A DNA stretch of 64,000 nt from an uncultured bacterium. GTDB lineage: Bacteria; Desulfobacterota_D; UBA1144; Nemesobacterales; UBA2774. Location of the stretch: assembly GCA_963705505.1 (NCBI GenBank), contig CAVPJU010000008.1, forward strand, positions 31,407 through 95,406. Reading direction: 5' to 3'. Below the pieces are notes generated by a model. It searched no databases. It worked only from the letters and a program-made list of their open reading frames with translations, and was not told the origin of the DNA. Of the stretch, positions 10,658 through 20,628 are shown in pieces. How positions within the stretch are numbered: position 1 is the first letter of the stretch; every line of letters starts with the position of its first letter. The position numbers and the translations under genes are program-made.

Positions 10658-10686
10658 TTGACATAATCCGCAGGATTTAGTTTAAT
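10658..10686 (+). promoter_or_regulatory. Sigma70-type promoter of Zn-finger gene 2 with palindrome in spacer
   Basis: TTGACA-17 nt-TTTAAT; spacer contains AATCC-GCA-GGATT. Confidence 0.7.
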
Positions 10687-10743
10687 GAGAGTTGGGGCTC
10701 GCGGCGTGTGGCAATAAACGGTATTATTTAAAGGAGATTATAT

Positions 10744-11028
10744 ATGTCGAGCAAAACCATCACAGTCGAAATATTCCAGTGCGACCATGTAAACGACGAC
10801 GGCGAGCGCTGCGCGAGCGAAGGTGAGAGGATAACAATCAAAACCTGCGCCCTCTGCCATAAAGACCTATGCAGCAGGCACTACGAGCAGATAACGGTAT
10901 CCAGCCGCGGCGGAAGGGAATCGCTCACATATCATTTCTGCGACGAGCACACGCAGGAATTTATGGATACGCTCATAAATACGTTCGGCGATACGAGACC
11001 CGTCGCCTACGCCGGCATGGCGAAGTGA
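10744..11028 (+). CDS. Small Cys/His-rich putative zinc-binding protein (paralog 2)
   Basis: AAAGGAG RBS; FQCDH-x7-C...CALCHKDLCSRH...FCDEH. Confidence 0.82.
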   Translation: MSSKTITVEIFQCDHVNDDGERCASEGERITIKTCALCHKDLCSRHYEQITVSSRGGRESLTYHFCDEHTQEFMDTLINTFGDTRPVAYAGMAK

Positions 11029-11227
11029 CCGGCTCACGATGCATGGCGGAGCATCTCCGCCGATACAGGATTACTCCTTAATTCCTTGTATCAAGACAAA
11101 GAAGAGAACCATCGTTGCCTTGACTTTTCATTCCGAAATCTAATCTTTTCATCCATCCCTTCCATACGCCCTTCGCCACCCCCGCCTATACAATCCCGCT
11201 AATTTACGTTATTTTTTATGCACGCAC

Positions 11228-12784
11228 ATGAAAATAGCCACACGCGAGATTGTAAGGGACATTGACGCCAAATCGATAGAGAAGCACGGCATGCCGGGCC
11301 TCGTCCTCATGGAAAACGCCGGGCGTGCGGCTGCCGACGTCCTCATCGAGGAATTCCCCTTTGCGGATAGAGTGGCCGTCTTCGCGGGCGGCGGGAATAA
11401 CGGCGGCGACGGGTTCGTCATCGCGCGCCACTTGATGGGCCAGGGCATCGCAGTAACAACCTATCTCGCCGGAAGCTCCGGCAAATACAGGGGCGACGCC
11501 CTGACTAACCTGAAAGCGCTGAAAAAATCGGGAGGCGAAGTGGTCGAGCTTGACGGAAGCCTGAGAAAATATAAACAGGCGGACCTCATAGTGGACGCCC
11601 TCTTCGGCACGGGTCTCGACAGGGACGTGGACGGGTTTAACAGAAAGATCATAGATTTCATGAATAGCCAGCCCGTCCCGAGACTGGCCGTGGACATACC
11701 TTCCGGACTCGACGCTGATACGGGCTTCCCCTTAGGCGCGGCGGTGAAAGCCGACGTAACCGTAACATTCGTCCTCCCCAAGTTAGGCATCTCCATATAC
11801 CCCGGACTCGACTACGCGGGCAGGATTTACGTGGCCGACATCACGACGCCTAAATTCCTCGAATCAGGCATACCTTACGAATTGCTCACACACGCCTCGG
11901 TCAGAGGGATATTGAAACCGAGGCACCCCGACTCGCACAAAGGCACATACGGCCACCTGTTCATTCTCGCTGGCTCGCCGGGGAAGACCGGCGCTGCGAC
12001 TCTCGCCTCCTTGGGCGCGCTCAGGGTGGGCACAGGGCTCGTCACGGTAGGTATACCCGCAAGCCTGAACGATATAATGGAAGTAAAAACCACAGAGGCG
12101 ATGACTGAGCCTCTCCCCGAGACGGACCTCCGCACGCTCGGAAAGGCGTCGATAAAGCGGGCGAAGGAGATCATAGCAAACAGGAAAACCGCCCTCGCCA
12201 TAGGACCCGGCATCTCCACGACGGAGGAGACGCGCGGATTCCTCTATGAAATAATAAGGACGTGCGAGGTCCCGGCCGTCGTTGACGCGGACGCACTCAC
12301 GCTCATTGCGGAAGAGCCGGGAATACTCTTAAAGGCAAAGGCGCCTCTCGTGCTCACTCCCCATCCGGGGGAGATGTCCCGCCTCACGGGCATTACGATT
12401 GAAGAAATAGAGCACGACAGAATAGGCGTATCGCTCGATTTTTCAAAGAGGTATAACGTCCACCTCGTGCTGAAAGGCGCAAGGTCTGTCGTCTCGACTC
12501 CCGGAGGGAATGCGTATATAAACACCTCCGGCAACGCCGGAATGGCCTCGGGCGGCATGGGGGACGTGCTCACGGGCATAATAGGCGGCTTCCTCGCCCA
12601 GCGTTTGAGCCCCGAAGATGCGGCGAGGCTGGGCGTATTCGTCCACGGCCTCGCGGGCGACGCGGCTGTGCGCACCCACCACGGGCAGGCGGGCATAATA
12701 GCGGGCGACCTCGCAAGCGAGCTGCCCAAAGTGCTGGGCGAGCTTCCCGATTCGGACGAGGAGCCCTTCTTCCGAATCCGCTGA
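11228..12784 (+). CDS. nnr: Bifunctional NAD(P)H-hydrate epimerase/dehydratase
   Basis: LMENAG, GNNGGDG, DALFGTG, HKGTYG, TPHPGEM, GGMGDVLTG. Confidence 0.95.
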   Translation: MKIATREIVRDIDAKSIEKHGMPGLVLMENAGRAAADVLIEEFPFADRVAVFAGGGNNGGDGFVIARHLMGQGIAVTTYLAGSSGKYRGDALTNLKALKKSGGEVVELDGSLRKYKQADLIVDALFGTGLDRDVDGFNRKIIDFMNSQPVPRLAVDIPSGLDADTGFPLGAAVKADVTVTFVLPKLGISIYPGLDYAGRIYVADITTPKFLESGIPYELLTHASVRGILKPRHPDSHKGTYGHLFILAGSPGKTGAATLASLGALRVGTGLVTVGIPASLNDIMEVKTTEAMTEPLPETDLRTLGKASIKRAKEIIANRKTALAIGPGISTTEETRGFLYEIIRTCEVPAVVDADALTLIAEEPGILLKAKAPLVLTPHPGEMSRLTGITIEEIEHDRIGVSLDFSKRYNVHLVLKGARSVVSTPGGNAYINTSGNAGMASGGMGDVLTGIIGGFLAQRLSPEDAARLGVFVHGLAGDAAVRTHHGQAGIIAGDLASELPKVLGELPDSDEEPFFRIR

Positions 12785-12817
12785 TCACACTTATACTTAA
12801 ATTCACAAAAAACCGAT

Positions 12818-13324
12818 ATGACGAAGAGAGAAAGTATGGACATTCGGGTAACGGATACGGACGAAACAATAAAACTGGGTGAGATTATTGGAAAATCGCT
12901 CGAACCCGGTAGTATTATTGCCCTCAGGGGGGACCTGGGCGCGGGTAAGACGGTCCTCGTCAAGGGTATAGCCAGGGGACTCGGCATAGAAGACGAGCCC
13001 GTGAGCCCGACCTTCGTGATAATGAATGCGTATGAAGGCAGGATTCCTCTTTACCACTTCGATCTGTACAGGATTTCCGGTGCGGACGAGCTTATCGGAA
13101 TAGGCTCGGAGGAGTTTTTATTCGGCGGAGGTGTGTCGGCGGTCGAGTGGGCGGACAGGGTTGAAGAAATATTTCCTGAATATACTATATATATCGACAT
13201 AAAAATACCCGAGACCGGAAACGGCTCGGAGAACATACGCGAGATAAAAATAGAAGGGAAAAAAGAATGGGTCTCATCGTTCAGAAATACGGCGGAACAA
13301 GCGTTTCCAACCTCGACAAAGTAA
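12818..13324 (+). CDS. tsaE: tRNA threonylcarbamoyladenosine biosynthesis ATPase TsaE
   Basis: [22 protein letters not shown]. Confidence 0.95.
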   Translation: MTKRESMDIRVTDTDETIKLGEIIGKSLEPGSIIALRGDLGAGKTVLVKGIARGLGIEDEPVSPTFVIMNAYEGRIPLYHFDLYRISGADELIGIGSEEFLFGGGVSAVEWADRVEEIFPEYTIYIDIKIPETGNGSENIREIKIEGKKEWVSSFRNTAEQAFPTSTK

Positions 13325-14499
13325 AGTGGGTCGCGGGTCACGTAATAAAAACGAAAAAAAAGGGGAACGACGTCCTCGTGGTGGTCTCGGCAATGGCGGG
13401 CGAAACGGACAAGCTCGTTAAACTGTCCCTGGAAATCATGGACCCTCCCGACGAGAGGGAGCTCGACGTCGTGACATCGAGCGGCGAGCAGGTTTCCTCG
13501 GGACTCCTCGCCATGTCCATAAAGTCCCTCGGGCAGGACGCTGTATCTTTCCAGGGGCATCAGGTGAGGATTGTGACCGACAACGCGCACTCCAAGGCCA
13601 AGATAGTGAGGATAGACGCCGAGAAGATAAGGAGCGCTCTCGACGAAGGCAAGATCGCCGTCGTTGCGGGCTTTCAGGGAGTGGACGAGGAAGGAAACGT
13701 CACTACTCTGGGCAGGGGCGGCTCCGACCTTACGGCAGTAGCGCTCGCTGCGGCGTTAGGCGCGGACTCGTGCGAGCTCTATAAGGACGACGTGGACGGC
13801 ATATATACGTCTGACCCCGGTATGGTGCCCACCGCAAGGAAGCTCGAAAAAATATCGTACGAGGAGATGCTCGAGCTCGCGAGCCTGGGATCTAAGGTGC
13901 TCCAGGCGAGGGCGGTAGAGTTCGCGATGAAGTTCGGCGTAACGATCCACGTCCGCCCCACAGCCAAACCGGATATGGAAGGAACATGGGTAGTAGAGGA
14001 GGAAGAAATGACTCACTTGGAAAACATTCTCATATCGGGAGTATCCGCGGATAAAAACCAGGCGAAGATTACGATCACGCAGGTGCCTGACAGCCCCGGA
14101 ATAGCTGCCAAAATATTCACACCGCTGAGCGAGAGCGGAATCATAGTGGACATGATAGTCCAGAACGTGAGCATAGAGGGGTACACCGATATGACGTTCA
14201 CCGTGCCGAGGACAGATTTCAAAAAATCGATTATACTAACTGAGAAGGTAGCAAAGGAGCTCGGGGCCAAGAAAATCATATCCGACGACAAGATAGCCAA
14301 GGTTTCGCTCGTCGGCGTCGGTATGAAAACCCACTCGGGAGTAGCGGCCAGGATGTTTTCGACCCTTGCGAAAGAAGGTATAAATATTCTGATGATAAGC
14401 ACTTCGGAAATAAAGATTTCCTGCGTTGTAGAGGAGAAATACACGGAGCTCGCCGTGAGGGCGCTTCACGACGCCTTCGAGCTGGGGGAAGTAAAATGA
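13267..14499 (+). CDS. lysC: Aspartate kinase
   Basis: [17 protein letters not shown], two ACT domains, STSEIKIS. Confidence 0.97.
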   Translation: MGLIVQKYGGTSVSNLDKVKWVAGHVIKTKKKGNDVLVVVSAMAGETDKLVKLSLEIMDPPDERELDVVTSSGEQVSSGLLAMSIKSLGQDAVSFQGHQVRIVTDNAHSKAKIVRIDAEKIRSALDEGKIAVVAGFQGVDEEGNVTTLGRGGSDLTAVALAAALGADSCELYKDDVDGIYTSDPGMVPTARKLEKISYEEMLELASLGSKVLQARAVEFAMKFGVTIHVRPTAKPDMEGTWVVEEEEMTHLENILISGVSADKNQAKITITQVPDSPGIAAKIFTPLSESGIIVDMIVQNVSIEGYTDMTFTVPRTDFKKSIILTEKVAKELGAKKIISDDKIAKVSLVGVGMKTHSGVAARMFSTLAKEGINILMISTSEIKISCVVEEKYTELAVRALHDAFELGEVK

Positions 14500-16097
14500 G
14501 CCGGGATTCGGTAAAGATTTACGACGTAACGCTCAGGGACGGGACTCAGGGGGAAAGTATATCCTTCTCGATACACGACAAGCTGAGGATCGCCCAGAAG
14601 CTGGACGAGCTGGGCGTTCATTATATAGAAGGCGGATGGCCGGGGTCAAACGAAAGGGACGAAGGGTTTTTTGAGGAGGCGAAGAGGCTCAGGCTCAGGA
14701 AGTCGAAGGTCGCCGCGTTCGGCAGCACGAGACGCGCGGGAAAGACATGCGACGAGGACGGGAGCGTACAGGCGCTCCTCAAAGCAGAGACCCCCGCCGT
14801 TACGATAGTCGGCAAGAGCTGGGACTTCCACGTAAAGGAAGCGCTCAGGATACCGCTCAAGGAAAACATCGAAATAATCCACGACTCCATAACGTATCTG
14901 AAAAAACACGTCGACGAGGTATTCTTCGACGCCGAGCATTTCTTCGACGGATACAAGCACAACCCCAAGTACACGCTGGAGGCGATAAAAGCGGCAAAGG
15001 ACGCGGGCGCCGACGTCCTCGTACTATGCGACACGAACGGCGGCACGCTCCCCTGGGAGATAGAGGAAATAGTGAGGGCAGTGAACCTCAACCTCGATAA
15101 CCCTCACCTGGGCATACACACGCACAACGACGGCGAGATGGGCGTCGCAAACACGCTCTACGCCGTGAGGGAAGGCGTGAGGCAGGTGCAGGGCACGATG
15201 AACGGGTACGGGGAGAGGTGCGGTAACGCGAACCTCTGCTCGATCGTGCCTAATCTCAAGCTCAAGCTCGGCATAGACTGCATCGACGAGAACGACCTCA
15301 AGAGGCTCTACGACGTGTCCCACTTCATACACGAGCTTACTAATTTACCGCCGCTCAAGCACAGACCGTTTGTCGGAGAGAGCGCGTTCGCCCATAAGGG
15401 CGGACTCCACGTAAGCGCCGTGATGAAAAAATCGGAGACCTACGAGCACATAAGCCCCGAGGTCGTCGGGAACCGCAGGCGCATCCTGATCTCCGACCTC
15501 TCCGGGCGGAGCAACATTATCTACAAGGCGAAAGAGCTCGGCATAGAGCTCGACCCTCAGGACAAACGCATCAATAGTATCCTGAACGAGCTCAAGAAGC
15601 TCGAGAACGAGGGATACGAGTTCGAAGGGGCGGACGCTTCTTTCGAGCTCCTTGTGAGAAAGGCGCTCGGGGAATACAGAAAGCCGTTCTACCTTAAGGG
15701 CGTGCGCACGATAACCGAGAAAAGGAACGACGACGAGGAGCCCATCACGGAGGCGACGCTCATAGTACAGGTGGACGGGGTAACCGAGCACACGGCTGCG
15801 ATAGGGAACGGCCCCGTGCACGCGCTCGACCAGGGCTTGAGGAAGGCGCTCGAAAAGTTCTATCCGAACCTGAAAGAAGTCACCCTCAAAGACTACAGGG
15901 TGAGGGTCCTTGCGAGACAGCACGGGACTGACGCCGTGGTAAGGGTGCTGATAGAATCAGGCGACGGCGAGAGCGACTGGAGCACCGTCGGGGTTTCCCA
16001 GAACATAGTCGAGGCGAGCTGGAAAGCGCTCGTCGACAGCATCGACTACAAGATTCTCAAAGACGAAGCCAAACGCATGGCCAAAGCGCGAGGGTGA
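14496..16097 (+). CDS. cimA: Citramalate synthase
   Basis: [35 protein letters not shown]; C-terminal regulatory domain. Confidence 0.93.
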   Translation: MSRDSVKIYDVTLRDGTQGESISFSIHDKLRIAQKLDELGVHYIEGGWPGSNERDEGFFEEAKRLRLRKSKVAAFGSTRRAGKTCDEDGSVQALLKAETPAVTIVGKSWDFHVKEALRIPLKENIEIIHDSITYLKKHVDEVFFDAEHFFDGYKHNPKYTLEAIKAAKDAGADVLVLCDTNGGTLPWEIEEIVRAVNLNLDNPHLGIHTHNDGEMGVANTLYAVREGVRQVQGTMNGYGERCGNANLCSIVPNLKLKLGIDCIDENDLKRLYDVSHFIHELTNLPPLKHRPFVGESAFAHKGGLHVSAVMKKSETYEHISPEVVGNRRRILISDLSGRSNIIYKAKELGIELDPQDKRINSILNELKKLENEGYEFEGADASFELLVRKALGEYRKPFYLKGVRTITEKRNDDEEPITEATLIVQVDGVTEHTAAIGNGPVHALDQGLRKALEKFYPNLKEVTLKDYRVRVLARQHGTDAVVRVLIESGDGESDWSTVGVSQNIVEASWKALVDSIDYKILKDEAKRMAKARG

Positions 16098-16128
16098 GCG
16101 GGACAGGAAATCCAACTCCATGTTTTAA

Positions 16129-16686
16129 GTCACCCTGAACTTGATTCAGGGTCTAATCATTTTCTTTTGTCATTCCCGAATGCCTTCATCGGGAATCCAG
16201 TGTTTATTCTTTTTATATAAAATTAAATCCACCCTACCCCTCCTTTACGAAAGGAAGGAAAACAAAACCCGTAGGAGCGGCATCTTGCCGCGACTCTCCC
16301 TTGCTCCATAATCCTCGATCTAACCGGCCTTGTCATGTCGAGCTGTAGCCGAGGAATCTCATTCTTTGTCATCCTGAGCCTAGTCGGAGGATGTCATTTC
16401 GACCATAGGTAGAAATCCGTATTTAAAGAAGTGAGAAACAAAAGATAGATTTCTCACATACGTTCGAAATGACGGGGTAGGTCTGGCCGAGGAGTGAAGC
16501 ACAACCCATATATGAATCCACATTGCGTACGTCCTTCCCGGCTACGGCCCGAGACTTCGCCGGGACGAGTCGCCGAGACGAGCGACAAGCTCAGGACGAA
16601 CGGGTTCGGTTGCGGTCTTGGATGGAGCAGAGAAGGAGTGACGCAATCGTATATGCGCGGAGATTCTCCGCCACACATTGTGTGCC
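16129..16686. repeat. Mosaic array of about 10 REP-like palindromes of several families
   Basis: GTCACCCTGAACTTGATTCAGGGTCT 16129; GTCATTCCCG..CGGGAATCCA 16169; ATCCACCCTACCCCTCCTTTACGAAAGG ~16227; GTAGGAGCGGCATCTTGCCGCGAC 16271; GTCATGTCGAG 16332; GTCATCCTGAG 16368; GTCATTTCGA 16393 paired with ..TCGAAATGAC 16473; CGACAAGCTCAGGACGAACGG 16583; CACACATTGTGTG to 16686. Confidence 0.88.
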
Positions 16687-17217
16687 TCACGACCATACGG
16701 GCTTCGGCAGTCCGTATGCGAAAAGGAATATTATATATACGAGCCAGTACGTGATGAGTCCCACGACGCACACCCAGATGGCGTTCCACGTGTTCTTGAA
16801 ATCGAGAGCCTGCCTCACGCCGATTATCATCGCAACGAGCGTCCACAGCCATACGAAGAGCAGCACGTAGGGTGTCAGCCAGTGGACGACCGCGAAGACG
16901 CGGAATATACCCGGCGCGCTCGCGAAGCCCAGCACCCGCATCACTTCCCCCTGGTCGGTCCTGGTCTCCGATTCGGGAAATAGCTTCGTGCCGATTATAT
17001 ATATGAGAAACGCAAGCAGTATCCAGAGCACGAAGCTCGTGATAGTACCCAATATGAAGCCCCTGTAGTCGCCCGTCTTATACGTATATATCCCCCTCGC
17101 GAGGCTCACGAGGAATACGACGACGACAGCCTGCCAGATCGCGCTCTTGTCATGCTCGACCTCTTCGTACAGCTCCGGGTCGAGCAGGAGCGCCCTTATG
17201 ACTCTTTTAATAAACAC
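16687..17217 (-). CDS. YIP1-family membrane protein
   Basis: RALLLDPELYEEVEHD, RVLGFASAPG, IIGVRQALDF; about 5 TM segments. Confidence 0.8.
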   Translation of the reverse strand: MFIKRVIRALLLDPELYEEVEHDKSAIWQAVVVVFLVSLARGIYTYKTGDYRGFILGTITSFVLWILLAFLIYIIGTKLFPESETRTDQGEVMRVLGFASAPGIFRVFAVVHWLTPYVLLFVWLWTLVAMIIGVRQALDFKNTWNAIWVCVVGLITYWLVYIIFLFAYGLPKPVWS

Positions 17218-17410
17218 GGATACGGTTCACCTCTAGTAATAGAAAATATAGGAATTACAACTTAAAGCTAAGAATCCGACAAGTCAAAATAAGATAATAA
17301 TTACTCCACCAAACAAAATTTTTCTAGTTGATTGTATGAATTAGTCCAATGAAACTCCAATTCGGATACACGCACCGCTCAGGGGGCATACCTTTGCCCA
17401 AAATACTCCA

Positions 17411-17783
17411 CTATTTCTTTTCAGCACAATGATCTACTATCTTTCGAGTATCCTCTGCAATCCGGAAAATTACTATTAGGATCTCCAGCCAAACACGTGC
17501 GATAAGAACATATAACAGGAACGAAAATAGGAGATAGAATCACTCGTAACTATTCCAGTAGCTCGCCGAATCACTAAAACCTCTAATAATAAACCAACCG
17601 CGAGAAATCGCAGTCCAAAACTATTGCTACCACGTACAAAATTTTTATAATCCGAGTCGTTATAAACTAGACAGCACGACTACGGAAACCGCCTGTCCAT
17701 CGAACCTTTATCCGCCTCGACTTCCTCTAAAGACTCGCATCCAGCTTGGAAGCCCTGATCATACGATCAACTAAACTGGCCAT
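17411..17783 (-). pseudogene. Chimeric relic: YIP1-paralog 5' end fused to DUF4282-like 3' end
   Basis: GGAGG RBS, then MASLVDRMIRASKLDASL/EEVEADKGSM/QAVSVVVLSS. From 17666: FITTRIIKILYVVAIVL...VLIARVWLEILIVIFRIAEDTRK; several frameshifts. Confidence 0.7.
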
Positions 17784-17863
17784 CTTTGTTCCTCCTTTAT
17801 GAATTTATAAATATGCACATAATAAAACTTCCGCAGGGATTCGTCAAAGCGGCAGGAAAAGTT

Positions 17864-19501
17864 TTATGCCCTGTGTCTGGACTTCATTTCTTGAGAGAGC
17901 AAATCGATGAGGGGCGCAATACGGCTCTCCGTGCAGTCCCCCATGAGCGCTATTTGAACGCAGTTCCTCTCGAGGAGATACCGGCTCCTCCAGTTGAGAT
18001 TGTAACCCGATTTTTCGAGCTTCATTCCGAGCGCGCGCGAGCTGAGCCTCTCGGGAAGAGGTATAGTGATGATCGCGGGGGACTCATGCCCCTTCTCGGC
18101 GAGTAGGCCGAACCCCGCGTCGGAAAGCCTCTCCCTCAGCCAATCAGAGAGCTTACGCAGCTCAGCGTATCTCTCTTCCGCGCGGAAATTATCGAGGGAA
18201 GCCTTGAGTGCATACAGCAGGTTCGATGAGAGCGTAAACGGCGTGCCCGGGGAGTACGCATAGAGCCCGAGATCCAGGTAGCGCGGCAGCTTCTCCGGGT
18301 GAGGCATGATTTCATGATTATAGAAAACGAATGAGAGCCCCGGATAAGACCTGAGCCCCTTCCCGCTTGCGCCCGTCGCCAGGTAAACGCGGGAGAGGTC
18401 GAGCGGCACAGTGCCGAGAGAGCTTATACAGTCGAGGCAGAGGGAGACGCCGCTGCGCCCGCATAGCTCCCCAAGCGCTCCGATGTCGTTCAATACCCCG
18501 GTCGAAGTCTCAGAATGCACAGCCCAGAGCCATGACGTTTCTCCGTATCGTGAAAGCGCGTCTTCAATCTCTTCGCGCCCGAATATATCTCCCCACTCCT
18601 TCTCTACCGTATTGAACGAAAATCCCCATCTCCGCGCATGGTCTTTCAGACGCTCGCCGAACTCGCCGTTTGAGAGCACGAGACCGTTCCCTTCCATGAG
18701 AGATAACTGCGCGGCGACGGCGTCGTTCGCGAGCGTGCCCGACCCCATCAATATCGCAGTATGCCTCGCGCTTGAGAGACCGGAGAGGAGACTCTTTACA
18801 TGATCGAGGTCGTCCGTAAACTCTTCCGTCCTGTGTGACACAGGGATAGCAGCCATCGCGCTTCTGGATGACTCGCAAACGTCCACGGGCCCCGGGAGAA
18901 GATTGAGGGGCTTTTCCGTGACCTGTCCGCTCTCCCCCATTCTCGAAAGGAGCCTCGTCCGCTCCTTCATCCCGTAATAGGACGCCGGCGTGAGGTACAT
19001 CGGCTGGTATTTTGCGCTTGCCGTTCCGACTTCGGGGCCGAACGGGATAAACCCGAGGTTCCTGTAGAGCTTTTCCTGAGAAACGTTCGCCGAGATAAGG
19101 GCGAGGTCGTATTTTTTTTCCTCGCAGTAGGCGGCGAGATGCATGAAGAGTCCCATTATGACTTTACGGTAACGGCGATCCTTCCTCACCGACAGGAGCC
19201 TGAGCTCGCATAACGAGCGCGAGGGCGGCAGGTATGAATCGAGTCCCGTGAGCTTCTCATCGAGCGAGAAAGGCCGCCTGTCCCTCACGGCCAGCATCCC
19301 TACCAGCTCTTCGCCGTCGAGGCAGATGATATAAGTGTTCTCTCCGTGGAATTTATCGACGAGCCTTTTTTCCGCGTTCTCCCCGTGCTGGGGTATCTCT
19401 TCTACAAACGTCTCGTAGTTGAGCCTGTGTATCTGCTCGTACTCGCAATCGAGGGTAGCGATCTTGAAGACCATCCGGTCATTCATGACAATCTGATTCA
19501 T
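17864..19501 (-). CDS. Fusion of N-terminal GNAT-like acyltransferase and class V PLP aminotransferase
   Basis: N: IHRLNYETF...DKFH...VGML...ELRLLSV. C: LLPGPV, GSGT, NGEFGER, HSETSTG, DCISS, SGKGL (PLP Lys). Confidence 0.85.
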   Translation of the reverse strand: MNQIVMNDRMVFKIATLDCEYEQIHRLNYETFVEEIPQHGENAEKRLVDKFHGENTYIICLDGEELVGMLAVRDRRPFSLDEKLTGLDSYLPPSRSLCELRLLSVRKDRRYRKVIMGLFMHLAAYCEEKKYDLALISANVSQEKLYRNLGFIPFGPEVGTASAKYQPMYLTPASYYGMKERTRLLSRMGESGQVTEKPLNLLPGPVDVCESSRSAMAAIPVSHRTEEFTDDLDHVKSLLSGLSSARHTAILMGSGTLANDAVAAQLSLMEGNGLVLSNGEFGERLKDHARRWGFSFNTVEKEWGDIFGREEIEDALSRYGETSWLWAVHSETSTGVLNDIGALGELCGRSGVSLCLDCISSLGTVPLDLSRVYLATGASGKGLRSYPGLSFVFYNHEIMPHPEKLPRYLDLGLYAYSPGTPFTLSSNLLYALKASLDNFRAEERYAELRKLSDWLRERLSDAGFGLLAEKGHESPAIITIPLPERLSSRALGMKLEKSGYNLNWRSRYLLERNCVQIALMGDCTESRIAPLIDLLSQEMKSRHRA

Positions 19502-19549
19502 CTTACTAGGTGTGCTTACGGGAATAAAATTATATATGATAGTTCGCGC

Positions 19550-19964
19550 TCATTCGAGGAACCTGCTCCTTATTCCGGGGTCGGGTATCATGCACTCCTC
19601 CTTCTTCCCGAACCATCTGTACCTGTTCCGGGCTATGAAGTCATAGACCGCGTCCCTGAGAGGCGCGGGGACGACGATGAATGCGTAGAGGAGACTGTGG
19701 ATTCCGCCCAGGAGCTTCTGCACCCTGAGCCCCGCTTCGGATTTGGTATAGAGCTTCCCCTCTTCGATCAATACGATCGAATCGAGGCTTGCCGCAGGGT
19801 AATTAAATTTCCCGAGGATTCTTTCCGCGGCTTCGGATTGAAAGGGCGCGAACCTGAACAAGCCCCGAGGGTCCCTTTTGATTATGAAATTGACCACACC
19901 GCAGCAGTAATTGCATACCCCGTCAAAGATTATAAGAGGGTGTTCGATATCTTACTTCACTCAC
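19550..19964 (-). pseudogene. DCC-family (DUF393) thiol-disulfide oxidoreductase with a +1 frameshift at ~19952 (real or assembly error)
   Basis: GTG 19964 MSEV|DIEHPLIIFDGVCNYC needs one A removed; downstream RDAVYDFIARNRYRWFG intact. Confidence 0.75.
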
Positions 19965-20015
19965 GTATATCTTCTCTCAAGAGGCGTTGACAATAATGCG
20001 CGGCGGAAGAGAAAT

Positions 20016-20567
20016 CTACTGCGTCTTCTCGGCCGGTTTCTCGTCGGTCTTTTTCACGGGCAGCACTATATACCAGCTCCCGTTATATTGAGTGATCGTG
20101 TTCACCATCACGCCGACCTTGGCCTTCGTTTTCGTCTCCACTCCCTTCTCGTCTTTCTTGGGTATCTCCGCTTCCGTTACAAGGACGAGCAAATCAGACG
20201 GCGCCACGGGGAAATAGAGCGTGTTATCCCTGAATTTAAGGGTCTGTGTGGGTTTATCGTACTCCGACACCTGGTCCATCGGCTCGACCACGAATTCCGA
20301 GTCCTTCGGAATCTGCAGGCTTAGGAGATTATTGATAACCATGTCGAGCTCCCCCGGATTGCCGTCCTTCATAAAAGCAATAACCTGGGGGTGAATAAGC
20401 GATTTAAGCGCGTCCTTATTCTTGGCCTTGATGCCTTCGAGTATTTTGTTTCCGAGAATCTGCGGAGTGTTAGCCCCGCTCTGGGCCCTTGCCGAAGAAA
20501 CGGGCGCCGCAAGTATGGCGGCCGTTAAAATCCATAGAGCCGCCGCATAAATAAATTTGGTCTTCAA
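20016..20567 (-). CDS. Exported hypothetical protein
   Basis: Signal peptide (..SSARA-Q), GGAG RBS, 183 aa. Confidence 0.7.
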   Translation of the reverse strand: MKTKFIYAAALWILTAAILAAPVSSARAQSGANTPQILGNKILEGIKAKNKDALKSLIHPQVIAFMKDGNPGELDMVINNLLSLQIPKDSEFVVEPMDQVSEYDKPTQTLKFRDNTLYFPVAPSDLLVLVTEAEIPKKDEKGVETKTKAKVGVMVNTITQYNGSWYIVLPVKKTDEKPAEKTQ

Positions 20568-20628
20568 ATTCTTCCTCCGTAATAAATTATTTTCGCATCA
20601 TTAGAAAGCCGGTCGGGAAACGGCAGCC

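Noticed and set aside
13267-13324. 58-nt overlap of tsaE and lysC
   Set aside because: Both genes have complete motifs; a simple C-terminal extension explains it
16129-16686. Repeat clusters as possible CRISPR arrays
   Set aside because: Units are heterogeneous, irregularly spaced and in mixed orientation; no cas genes
16454-16870. Small ORFs over REP mosaics (16454-16852, 16494-16754, 23451-23714, 23541-23753, 37885-38118, 43050-43301)
   Set aside because: Translations of repeat DNA with no coding signal
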